A DNA stretch of 49,612 nucleotides from an uncultured Verrucomicrobiota bacterium (GTDB taxonomy: Bacteria; Verrucomicrobiota; Kiritimatiellia; PWTM01): the NCBI GenBank assembly GCA_964423465.1, contig CAYRFK010000006.1, positions 1-49,612 on the forward strand, written 5' to 3'. Numbering within the stretch: position 1 is the stretch's first letter; each line of letters opens with the position of its first letter. Below, piece by piece: positions 19,971-27,774 of the stretch. The notes beneath the pieces were generated by a model, which was not told where the DNA came from, searched no databases, and saw only the letters and a list, made by a program, of their open reading frames with translations. Position numbers and translations under genes: made by a program.

Positions 19971-22879
19971 CGGATGGAGGGCAGGACGGCTGGCGCGCAT
20001 CGCTTCTCGCGGTCCCGGTGAGGATCCGCTGGGCGGCGTGCGTCGTGCACATGGCGGCTGTCGCGGTTCTTTCGCTGCTGCCCGTAACGTCGTTCCCGTC
20101 GTCGGTGTCGTGGCTCCCCGGTGCCGACAAGCTGGTGCATGTCGCGATGTATGGGGCGCTGGGGGCGCTGTTGCGGTGGGCGGTGGACCGGGGCGGGGCG
20201 GAGGTGGCGTTTTCGCCGGAACTGCTGCTCCCTGCGGCGGCCGGATACGGGTTGTTGATGGAGATCCTGCAGTCGTTGTTCACCAACGGCATGCGGGCGT
20301 TCGGGTGGGACGACATGGTGGCGAACGTGGTCGGCGTGCTGGTCTTCTGGCGGCTCGCCGAGCGCTTCTTTCGGGGCGGGGTCCGGAACGGGAGGGGGAT
20401 GGTTATGAGCCTTGACAGTCTGCTGGAACTTCTGCCGCGATGGCGGCGGGCCGTGCTGCTGGTCATCCACGCGGTTCTGGCCGCGCTGGTGTACTACGGG
20501 GCTTTCGCCCTTCGTTTCGACATGGCGCTGAGCGGCGATGCACTGCACGTGTTTGCCGTGACGCTGCCGGTCGCGGTGGCCATCAAACTGATCGTGTTCC
20601 AGTTCTTCCGTCTCCACTCCGGCATCCTGCGCTATGCGAGCGTGGGCGACCTGATCCGGATCGCGCAGGCCGCCACGCTGTCGACCCTCGTGATGATCGC
20701 GGCGATGGCGGCGTGGTTCCATCTCGAGGGATACTCGCGGAGCGTATTCGCGATCGACTGGCTGGGTACGATCTTCACCTTCGGCGGCTGGCGGCTCGCG
20801 GTCCGGATCGTCCGGGAGGGCCGCCTTCCCCGGTGGGACAAGGCCTCGGGCATCCGGACGCTGGTGATCGGCGCGGGCGGCGCGGGCGCGATGGTGGTCC
20901 GCGAATCGCGCCGGGATCCGGAATGCGCCCGCGAGTTCATCGGCTTCCTCGATGACGATCCCGCCAAGCTCGGTCTCGCCATCGACGGTGTGAATGTGCT
21001 CGGACCTCTGGCATCGGTACGTGAAACCGTCGAGGCTCGCAAGGTCTCGGAAGTGCTGATTGCGATCCCCTCCGTCGGGCGGAAGCTGACCCAGCAGGTC
21101 GTCGAGGCCTGCGCGGGGCTGGATATGAAGCTCCGGATCGTCCCCTCGTTCTCCGCCGTCGTCGAGGGCCGTGTCGAAATACGGTCGATCCGGGATGTGA
21201 ACGTGGAGGACCTGCTCGATCGCGATCCGATCCAACTCGACCGTGGCGCGGTGGTCGGTGCGTTTGCCGGGAAACGGGTGCTCATCAGTGGGGCCGGCGG
21301 TTCGATCGGCGCCGAACTCGCCCGCCAGGCCGCAGCGCTCGAACCGGCGCAGCTTATCCTTCTCGATGTGGCGGAGACGCCGTTGTTCAACATCGACCAG
21401 GAGCTCGGGCGAACCCATCCGCTCGTGCCGCGCACGGCCGTCATCGCGAACATCTCGGACCCGATCCGGGTGGAGCGGGTGTTCACGCAACACCGCCCCG
21501 ACTACATTCTGCACGCCGCCGCCTACAAGCACGTGCCGTTGATGGAGTCGTTCCCCTGCGATGCCGTGCACAACAACCTTCGCGGTACGCGGGTTCTCGC
21601 CGAGGCCGCGCGGCGGCACGGGGCGAAGAAGTTTGTCATGATCTCGACGGACAAGGCCGTCCGACCCTCCAATGTCATGGGCGCCACGAAACGGCTGTGC
21701 GAGATGCTTGTGGGATCCATGAACGGGGGCGGCACGCACTTCGCCTCGGTCCGGTTCGGCAACGTGCTCGGCAGCAACGGCAGCGTCGTGCCCACCTTCC
21801 GCCGGCAGATCGCGGCCGGCGGACCTGTGACCGTGACGCATGCGGAGATGACCCGCTACTTCATGACGATCCCGGAGGCGGTGTCGCTCGTGCTGCAGTG
21901 CGCGTCGATGGCGGCCGAATCGGATGTCTATGTGTTGGACATGGGGACGCCGGTCAAGATCATGGATCTGGCTCGGACGATGATCGCGCTCTCTGGATTC
22001 CGCGTGGGGGACGATATCGAGATCGCCGTCACGGGCCTCCGCCCCGGCGAGAAGATCCACGAGGAGCTCGTCACCTACGGCGAGGCGGAGCAGAATACGG
22101 ACGTGCCCAAGGTTCGCGTGCTCCGCCGCGAGGCCGACGTCGTCGCCCCCGACCTCCTCCGCCGTGCCCTGCTGCACATGGAGGAGGTTGCGCGGCGCCA
22201 GGATCCCGATGCGACGCTTAAGGTGCTCTGGAAGATCATCGGGCTCGACGGCGAGGTCGGCACCGTGGCCTCGCATCCCGCCGGGCGTGTGCGGGTCGAG
22301 ACGCTGCGCGCCGAGTGGGAGACGATGCTCAACGAGACGCTTGTGGAGCCGGCGGAACTGCCGGTCCTCCGGTCCGGCGGGCGCATCCTGGTTGTGGACG
22401 ACGACGAGGCGCAGCTCTCCCTCGTCGTCCGCATGATCGAGCGACTCGGCGTCGGATGCGTGTCGGCCACGAGCGGCCGGGCGGCCGTCGAGACGTTCAG
22501 CAGCATGGCGCCGTCGGGCATCCTGTGCGTCGTCTGCGACTACTTTCTTCCGGATATGAATGGCGACGAAATCCTCCGGCGCATCCGGGACGTCGAACCG
22601 GACGTCCCCTTCGCCTTTATGACCGGCTACGGACGCGGCAGTCGCGAGGTGTCCGCCATCGCCGAACTGCCGGGCGTCGTGACGGTTCTTCAAAAGCCGT
22701 TCGGCCGCGCGACACTTCAGAAACTCCTCTCCAGCGTGCCGCACCAGGGCCGTGGCCCGTCCCGCGCCGATCCGGTCTCGCGCGCCGGCCGGCGAGTCCC
22801 TCCAGGAGGAATCGCTATGTTGATTCCGGAGGGTTCGGCGATGGGTCGGGACGAGAATCTGGCGATCGAAAAAGATTGA
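19967..22879 (+). CDS. Fusion ORF: VanZ-like domain + PglF/CapD/WbpM UDP-GlcNAc 4,6-dehydratase + C-terminal response-regulator receiver domain
   Basis: VanZ: DKLVH..MYG, MEILQ, DDMVANVVG. Dehydratase: GAGGSIGAEL, HAAAYKHVPLME, ISTDKAV.P.NVMGATK, RFGNVLGSNGSV, GLRPGEKIHEEL. REC: ILVVDDD, VCDYFLPDMNG, FMTGY, QKPF. Possible internal start near 20399/20405 after GGGAGGGG. Confidence 0.85.
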   Translation: MTDGGQDGWRASLLAVPVRIRWAACVVHMAAVAVLSLLPVTSFPSSVSWLPGADKLVHVAMYGALGALLRWAVDRGGAEVAFSPELLLPAAAGYGLLMEILQSLFTNGMRAFGWDDMVANVVGVLVFWRLAERFFRGGVRNGRGMVMSLDSLLELLPRWRRAVLLVIHAVLAALVYYGAFALRFDMALSGDALHVFAVTLPVAVAIKLIVFQFFRLHSGILRYASVGDLIRIAQAATLSTLVMIAAMAAWFHLEGYSRSVFAIDWLGTIFTFGGWRLAVRIVREGRLPRWDKASGIRTLVIGAGGAGAMVVRESRRDPECAREFIGFLDDDPAKLGLAIDGVNVLGPLASVRETVEARKVSEVLIAIPSVGRKLTQQVVEACAGLDMKLRIVPSFSAVVEGRVEIRSIRDVNVEDLLDRDPIQLDRGAVVGAFAGKRVLISGAGGSIGAELARQAAALEPAQLILLDVAETPLFNIDQELGRTHPLVPRTAVIANISDPIRVERVFTQHRPDYILHAAAYKHVPLMESFPCDAVHNNLRGTRVLAEAARRHGAKKFVMISTDKAVRPSNVMGATKRLCEMLVGSMNGGGTHFASVRFGNVLGSNGSVVPTFRRQIAAGGPVTVTHAEMTRYFMTIPEAVSLVLQCASMAAESDVYVLDMGTPVKIMDLARTMIALSGFRVGDDIEIAVTGLRPGEKIHEELVTYGEAEQNTDVPKVRVLRREADVVAPDLLRRALLHMEEVARRQDPDATLKVLWKIIGLDGEVGTVASHPAGRVRVETLRAEWETMLNETLVEPAELPVLRSGGRILVVDDDEAQLSLVVRMIERLGVGCVSATSGRAAVETFSSMAPSGILCVVCDYFLPDMNGDEILRRIRDVEPDVPFAFMTGYGRGSREVSAIAELPGVVTVLQKPFGRATLQKLLSSVPHQGRGPSRADPVSRAGRRVPPGGIAMLIPEGSAMGRDENLAIEKD

Positions 22880-22888
22880 TATAGTATC

Positions 22889-22919
22889 TTGACATACGAT
22901 CCACAACGTTGCATTGTGG
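22889..22919 (+). promoter_or_regulatory. Putative sigma70 promoter with overlapping inverted repeat upstream of the precursor peptide gene
   Basis: TTGACA at 22889-22894, 17-nt spacer, weak -10 CATTGT; CCACAA-N7-TTGTGG at 22901-22919; local AT-rich patch. Confidence 0.5.
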
Positions 22920-22949
22920 TGTGCATAAACGAGGGAAGGAGTACCGAGG

Positions 22950-23135
22950 ATGCAAAAGAAGGTGTACGAGAAGCCGGAAGTTGTGCGAGTTGCGCTGAGC
23001 TCCGAGGAGCGTCTTGCCGCGTGCGACTTCTTCTACAAGACGGGGTACAGCGGGTCGGGCTGCCGGACGTCGTTCTATCCGGACGACAATCCGGCCACCT
23101 GCACGATCATGATCACCCCGGAATCGGCGAGTTAG
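22950..23135 (+). CDS. Putative RiPP precursor peptide (61 aa)
   Basis: Strong RBS (GGAAGGAG..GAGG); leader KKVYEKPEV (YxxP RRE-binding type); Cys25/38/51; C-terminal Ser; first gene ahead of the RRE + rSAM operon. Confidence 0.8.
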   Translation: MQKKVYEKPEVVRVALSSEERLAACDFFYKTGYSGSGCRTSFYPDDNPATCTIMITPESAS

Positions 23136-23155
23136 TCGTCCGCCCGCGCAGCGTA

Positions 23156-23193
23156 TTCGCCCCGCGCCCCGCGTCCTGCGGGGGCGGGGCGGA
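23156..23193 (+). terminator. GC-rich stem-loop after the precursor gene (no U-tract; attenuator or mRNA stabiliser)
   Basis: CGCCCCGC(G)CCCCGC-GTCCT-GCGGGGGCGGGGCG: 14-bp stem with one bulge. Confidence 0.55.
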
Positions 23194-23205
23194 GCGCATG
23201 TCACT

Positions 23206-24042
23206 GTGTCAACCTGCCTTTCCATTGCCGGTCTCCGGATTCGGTGTGATTCCGGGGATCCGATGCCGGACGGCTTCGAAGGCTTCGCCTGCGATGCCGG
23301 AGCGTCGCACGAGATGCTCTTCCATGTGAAGGCGTGCACGGATGTGGTCTTCGGGGGGACGCGACTGGGCAGGGCGGGGCACTTTACCTTCTGGTTGGAC
23401 GACGGTCTCGAGCATGTCGTTCTCGAGACCTTCAACGGGGCCGCGATCGGCTGCGTGTCGATGGATCGCGACTGGACCTGCGCCACGTTTCAGATCGTGA
23501 TGTCCGCGGATCGCGTCACGGTGTTCCGCATCCTGAGCGAGGTGGTCTTCCGGACGCTGTTGATCCGGAGGGGCCGCGGGCTCGTCCTGCATGCCGCCGG
23601 AATCAGCTGCAACGGGCGCGGGCTCGCGCTGGTCGGCCGGTCCGGGACGGGCAAGTCCACGCAGGCCCGGCACTGGGTCGCAACGAAAGGGGCGGTGGTC
23701 CTGAACGAAGACCGGCCCGCGGTGACGCTGGGACCGGACCGCGCGACGGTGCATGGGACTCCCTGGAGCGGTTCGTCGCGGAACCACCGGGCGGCCTCCG
23801 CACCCCTCGCGGCCGTCGTCCTGCTCGAACAGGGCCCCGCCAATGAGGCCCGGAGAATCGCCCGAACCGAGGCGCTGCCCCGGATCCTGCCGCGCGTATT
23901 CATGCCCTACTGGAGCGCGGCGGGAATGGACGACGCCCTGGCCATGGTCGAACGCTTGGTGACCGAAGTCCCGATCATCCATCTCCGGTGCCTGCCGGAT
24001 GCGGGAGGCGTCGCGGAGCTGGAGCGAGCCCTCGACGTCTGA
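23206..24042 (+). CDS. HPr kinase-related P-loop protein (ScmC/PadeK-like peptide kinase)
   Basis: LVLHAAGI, Walker A GRSGTGKST, VLNEDRP, HGTPWSG, LEQGPAN. Confidence 0.75.
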   Translation: MSTCLSIAGLRIRCDSGDPMPDGFEGFACDAGASHEMLFHVKACTDVVFGGTRLGRAGHFTFWLDDGLEHVVLETFNGAAIGCVSMDRDWTCATFQIVMSADRVTVFRILSEVVFRTLLIRRGRGLVLHAAGISCNGRGLALVGRSGTGKSTQARHWVATKGAVVLNEDRPAVTLGPDRATVHGTPWSGSSRNHRAASAPLAAVVLLEQGPANEARRIARTEALPRILPRVFMPYWSAAGMDDALAMVERLVTEVPIIHLRCLPDAGGVAELERALDV

Positions 24043-24087
24043 TTTCCCGGCCGACCGTCCGAACTCCGTGTTCCCCCCGATGGCGCC

Positions 24088-24633
24088 ATGCAATCTGCCC
24101 CCGTACGTCAGCCCGGCGACTGCGCTCCGGTGGACACCGGCGCCATGCACGCCGAACTGCTTTCCACCGTGCGGCGGCTGCCGTTTGCCGCCCTGGTGGG
24201 ACCGATCCGTGATGCCCTGGACAGCGGCGGCCGTGTACGGTTCCGCGTCGAAGGAAACAGCATGCTCCCCTGGCTGCGAGGCGGTGCGGACGATGTCATC
24301 CTGATTCCGGCCGGCGGCCGTGCGTGGGGTGTGGGGGACATCGTGCTGATCCGGGATCCCAAGGACCGGTTCATCCTGCATCGCGTGACGCGCCGCCACG
24401 GCGGTGAGATCTGGCTCATGGGCGATGCGCAGAGCGAGACGGAAGGCCCGTGGGCGGAAGAACGCGTGGAGGCGGTGGTCGAGCGGGTCGTTCATTGGGG
24501 TCGGGACGTTGACATGAGCTCCTTCGAGGCGCGGGCGTTCGCCCGGATCTGGCGCGCGGTTCGCCCCTTCCGCCGCAGACTCCTGGCGCTGGCGTTCGCC
24601 GTGCGCGCCCGAACGCGGAGGCCCCGGCCATGA
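24088..24633 (+). CDS. S24/S26 family peptidase
   Basis: VEGNSMLPWL (catalytic Ser), GDIVL, ILHRV (His), MGDA. Confidence 0.8.
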   Translation: MQSAPVRQPGDCAPVDTGAMHAELLSTVRRLPFAALVGPIRDALDSGGRVRFRVEGNSMLPWLRGGADDVILIPAGGRAWGVGDIVLIRDPKDRFILHRVTRRHGGEIWLMGDAQSETEGPWAEERVEAVVERVVHWGRDVDMSSFEARAFARIWRAVRPFRRRLLALAFAVRARTRRPRP

Positions 24634-26354
24634 ACTGGCGGCGGTGGGATCCGCGACGGAAGAGAGGGGAGATTCGCTGGCTCTGGAGGCAGACGCACGG
24701 CTTCCGCACGGCGATCGTCGCGCTCATGGCGGGGAACGCGGGGCTCTCGCTGTTCGGCGTGGCTTTCGCAGCGGTCAGCAAGCAGCTAATCGACCGGGCA
24801 TCCGGCGCCGCCGCCGGGGGGATGGCCGGCCCTCTCGTCGCGATGGCCGGGCTGGTGTTGATTCTCATCGTCGGCCAGGCGGCACTCGGGCTGCTCGCCC
24901 CGCGGCTTACGGTCCGGATGGAGCACCGCCTCCGCGCCGACCTCTATTCAGGGCTGCAAGCCGCGTCGTGGAACGAACTGCGACGCCACCACAGCGGGGA
25001 CCTTCTGACCCGGCTGACCAGCGACATTGCGTCGGTCGTCCAAGGGGTGACCGCCGTGATGCCGGAGGTTCTTTCGATGTTGGTGCGGCTGGCGGGCGCG
25101 CTCGCCTACCTCGCGTTCATGGATGCCACCCTCGCCGTCGCGGCCCTCGCCGCGGGGCCCTTGTTCCTTATTCCCGGCCGGTTCTTCGCCTCCCGGTTGC
25201 GGGATCTCGAGAAGCAGAACCGCGAGAACGAAGGCCGGCTGCGCGGGTTCGTGCAGGAGTCCCTTCGCAAGAACGAAACGGTGAAGGCGTTCAATTTGGA
25301 GCCGGTTTTCGACGAGCGTCTCGCCGGTCATCAATCCGAGGCGATGCGCCTCCAGATGCGGCGCGCGTGGCTGTCTCTGGCGCCCGGCGTGGGGCTCACC
25401 TCCGGGTACTGGGCCGGCCACCTCGTCGCGCTGGCGTGGGGCGCTTCTCGGATGGCGGCCGGACAGGCCACATTCGGGACGCTGACGGCGTTCCTGCAGT
25501 TGGTCGGCCATGTCCAGGGGCCTTTCCATATTCTCGCCCGATCCGTGCCGCGGCTCGCGTCCATCCTCGCATCGGTCGAGCGTCTGCAGGCGATCGAGTC
25601 GCTGCCGCCGGATCCGGACGACGCGCCGATCGGGCTGCACGAGTCCACCACGCCTACGCCCGGTGCCGTGGATCTGGAGTTCGACAAGGTCACGTTCACG
25701 TACGACAAGGAGCCTGTGCTGCGCGACGTGAGCTTCCGCATCCGCGCCGGCGAGCGCGTGGCGGTGGCCGGGCCCTCCGGTGTGGGCAAGACGACCATCC
25801 TCCGGCTTCTCCTCGGGCTGGTTCATCCCGACTCCGGGTCGGTGCGGGTCCGGGAGGCCGGGGCAGGGGATGCCGGCCGGAGAGCCTCCCGCGCGACACG
25901 CCGCTACTTCGCGCATGTGTCCCAGGGCAACACGCTCTTTTCCGGAACCCTGATCGAGAACGTACTCCTGGGCCGTCCCGGCGGAGGCCCCGAGTCGGCC
26001 CATGCGGCATGCCGGAATGCGTCGGCGGATGGCTACATCCGGCAGCTTCCGGATGCGTACCATACCCGGATCGGGGAGAACGGGGACGGTCTTTCCGAGG
26101 GGCAGGCCCAGCGCATCGCCCTCGCGCGCGCGCTGCTGCGCGACGCCCCGGTGCTGCTGCTCGACGAGGCGACGTCCGCGCTGGACCGGGCCACCGAATG
26201 CGCCGTCCTTGATCACTTGCGCACGAGGGACGGCCGCCGCACACTCATCGTCGTGTCGCACCGGCCGGAGGTGCTGGCGGTATGCGACAGGGTTCTGACA
26301 GTGTCGGAAGGTCGTGTGGACGAGCATGTGAGCACGGAGGCGAAGAGCACATGA
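24630..26354 (+). CDS. ABC exporter, fused TMD + NBD (no C39 peptidase domain)
   Basis: HSGDLLTRLTSD; Walker A GPSGVGKTT; signature LSEGQAQR; Walker B LLLDEATSALD; H-loop VSHR. Confidence 0.92.
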   Translation: MNWRRWDPRRKRGEIRWLWRQTHGFRTAIVALMAGNAGLSLFGVAFAAVSKQLIDRASGAAAGGMAGPLVAMAGLVLILIVGQAALGLLAPRLTVRMEHRLRADLYSGLQAASWNELRRHHSGDLLTRLTSDIASVVQGVTAVMPEVLSMLVRLAGALAYLAFMDATLAVAALAAGPLFLIPGRFFASRLRDLEKQNRENEGRLRGFVQESLRKNETVKAFNLEPVFDERLAGHQSEAMRLQMRRAWLSLAPGVGLTSGYWAGHLVALAWGASRMAAGQATFGTLTAFLQLVGHVQGPFHILARSVPRLASILASVERLQAIESLPPDPDDAPIGLHESTTPTPGAVDLEFDKVTFTYDKEPVLRDVSFRIRAGERVAVAGPSGVGKTTILRLLLGLVHPDSGSVRVREAGAGDAGRRASRATRRYFAHVSQGNTLFSGTLIENVLLGRPGGGPESAHAACRNASADGYIRQLPDAYHTRIGENGDGLSEGQAQRIALARALLRDAPVLLLDEATSALDRATECAVLDHLRTRDGRRTLIVVSHRPEVLAVCDRVLTVSEGRVDEHVSTEAKST

Positions 26355-26623
26355 GACTGAAGCCTGGATTCATGCTGAGGAAAGTGGTCGATACATGGGT
26401 CGTCGTGCCCCTCGGCGAGCGGGTGGTCGACTTCAATGGGATCCTGACGCTGACCGGATCCGCCGCGATGCTCTGGGAACGGCTGTCTGCGGCCGAAGGG
26501 GCGTCCCGCGAGGACCTGCTGGCGCGGATGCTGGACGAGTATGAGGTCGACGCAGCCACGGCGGCGCCCGATCTCGACGCGTTTCTTGCGGCCCTTCGCG
26601 AGGCGGAGCTGATCGAGCCATGA
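26351..26623 (+). CDS. Stand-alone PqqD family RiPP recognition element (RRE)
   Basis: 90 aa; LTLTGSAAMLWERL, LLARMLDEYEVD, DLDAFLAALREAELI; ATGA-coupled both sides. Confidence 0.88.
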   Translation: MRLKPGFMLRKVVDTWVVVPLGERVVDFNGILTLTGSAAMLWERLSAAEGASREDLLARMLDEYEVDAATAAPDLDAFLAALREAELIEP

Positions 26624-27774
26624 CCGCCGTCCGGACGGACCCGGACGCCGAAGCGGCCGGGGAGGCGAAGTACCGGTGGTTCGACACGACGAACCGCCTC
26701 CGCGTCGTCGCCGGGCAGCGCCGGATCCCGCTCATCGGGACCTTTGAACTGACGGCCCGGTGCAATCTGGGCTGCAGGATGTGTTTCGTCCGGCGCGACG
26801 CGGGCGACCGGGAAGCGCTTGCCGCCGAACTCTCCGCCTCCGCATGGATGGATATGGCGGTCCAGGCCCGCGCATCGGGCATGCTTTTCCTGCTTCTGAC
26901 CGGCGGCGAGCCGCTGGTTCGAAAGGACTTCTGGGAGATCTACGAGGCCCTCTGCCGCATGGGGTTCATCCTCACGCTCTACACCAACGGAACGCTGATC
27001 GGGGACGAAGAGGCGGCCCGGTTCGGCCGCTGCCCACCGGGGCGCATTGTGGTGACATTGTACGGCGCGTCGTCGGCGACCTACGGATCACTCTGCGGAA
27101 GTGCCCCCGCCTTTGACCGCGCCGTGGCGGGCGTCCGCCGGCTTCTCGCGGCGGGGCTTCATCCGCAGATCCGCGCGACCGTCTGCCGGGAGAACGTCGG
27201 CGATATCGAGGCGCTGGATGCCTTGTCCCGAGAACTGACGGGCCGCCCGCGGATCGAGACAAGCATGCTGCTCTCCCCCCCGGTTCGCGAGGCCCGGTCG
27301 GAGGCCGCGGACCTGCGGTTGCGCCCGGAGGAGATGGCCGGCATCCAGCGGCGCGACGTGACCTGCGATCCGGAGTCCATCGCCGCCAACGCGGGCGTCT
27401 CGCAGATTCTGACGTCCGCATCCGCGGGGCGCACACCCGCGAAGACCGCCGAGCGCAGGCCTCTTCCCCCCATGTTCTGCTCCGGCGGCCGGGGATCGTT
27501 CTGGCTGGCGTGGGACGGCCGCATGCTCCCCTGCGCGCTGATGGATTCCCCCTTCACGCGTCCGTTCGACGCAGGCTTCGCCCCGGCGTGGGGGGATCTG
27601 GTTGCGCAGACGGACCGAATCCCCGGCGCTGATGAATGCGGGACCTGCGAGCATCGCCCGTTCTGTTCGGTCTGTCCGGGCCGCCTTCAGGCCGAGACGG
27701 GGGACTTCACGAAGCTGTCGCCTCACGTCTGCCGGGCCGCCGAGATCCTCCACACCATGGCCGACCGGGCCTAA
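26620..27774 (+). CDS. Radical SAM/SPASM peptide maturase
   Basis: ELTARCNLGCRMC (CxxxCxxC), LTGGEPL, YTNGTL; SPASM cysteines C..DGRMLPC..CGTCEHRPFCSVCPG..C. Confidence 0.92.
   Translation: MTAVRTDPDAEAAGEAKYRWFDTTNRLRVVAGQRRIPLIGTFELTARCNLGCRMCFVRRDAGDREALAAELSASAWMDMAVQARASGMLFLLLTGGEPLVRKDFWEIYEALCRMGFILTLYTNGTLIGDEEAARFGRCPPGRIVVTLYGASSATYGSLCGSAPAFDRAVAGVRRLLAAGLHPQIRATVCRENVGDIEALDALSRELTGRPRIETSMLLSPPVREARSEAADLRLRPEEMAGIQRRDVTCDPESIAANAGVSQILTSASAGRTPAKTAERRPLPPMFCSGGRGSFWLAWDGRMLPCALMDSPFTRPFDAGFAPAWGDLVAQTDRIPGADECGTCEHRPFCSVCPGRLQAETGDFTKLSPHVCRAAEILHTMADRA

Noticed and set aside
19082-22906. 1274-aa minus-strand ORF
   Set aside because: Antisense shadow of the aldolase and dehydratase genes, which carry clear motifs; long shadow ORFs are expected at this GC content.
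22950-23135. LAAC as a lipobox (small lipoprotein)
   Set aside because: No hydrophobic h-region; the preceding segment SSEER is charged, and the YxxP leader plus RRE context fits a RiPP better.
22889-23329. 146-aa ORF overlapping the precursor
   Set aside because: Starts at the TTG of the -35 box with no RBS and crosses the hairpin and the kinase start; the 61-aa frame has the RBS and leader motif.
26620-27774. rSAM as sulfatase-maturating enzyme or PqqE
   Set aside because: It is coupled to an RRE, ABC exporter and peptidase operon with its own precursor; no pqqB/C is present, the peptide is not PqqA-like, and the sulfatases are over 10 kb away.
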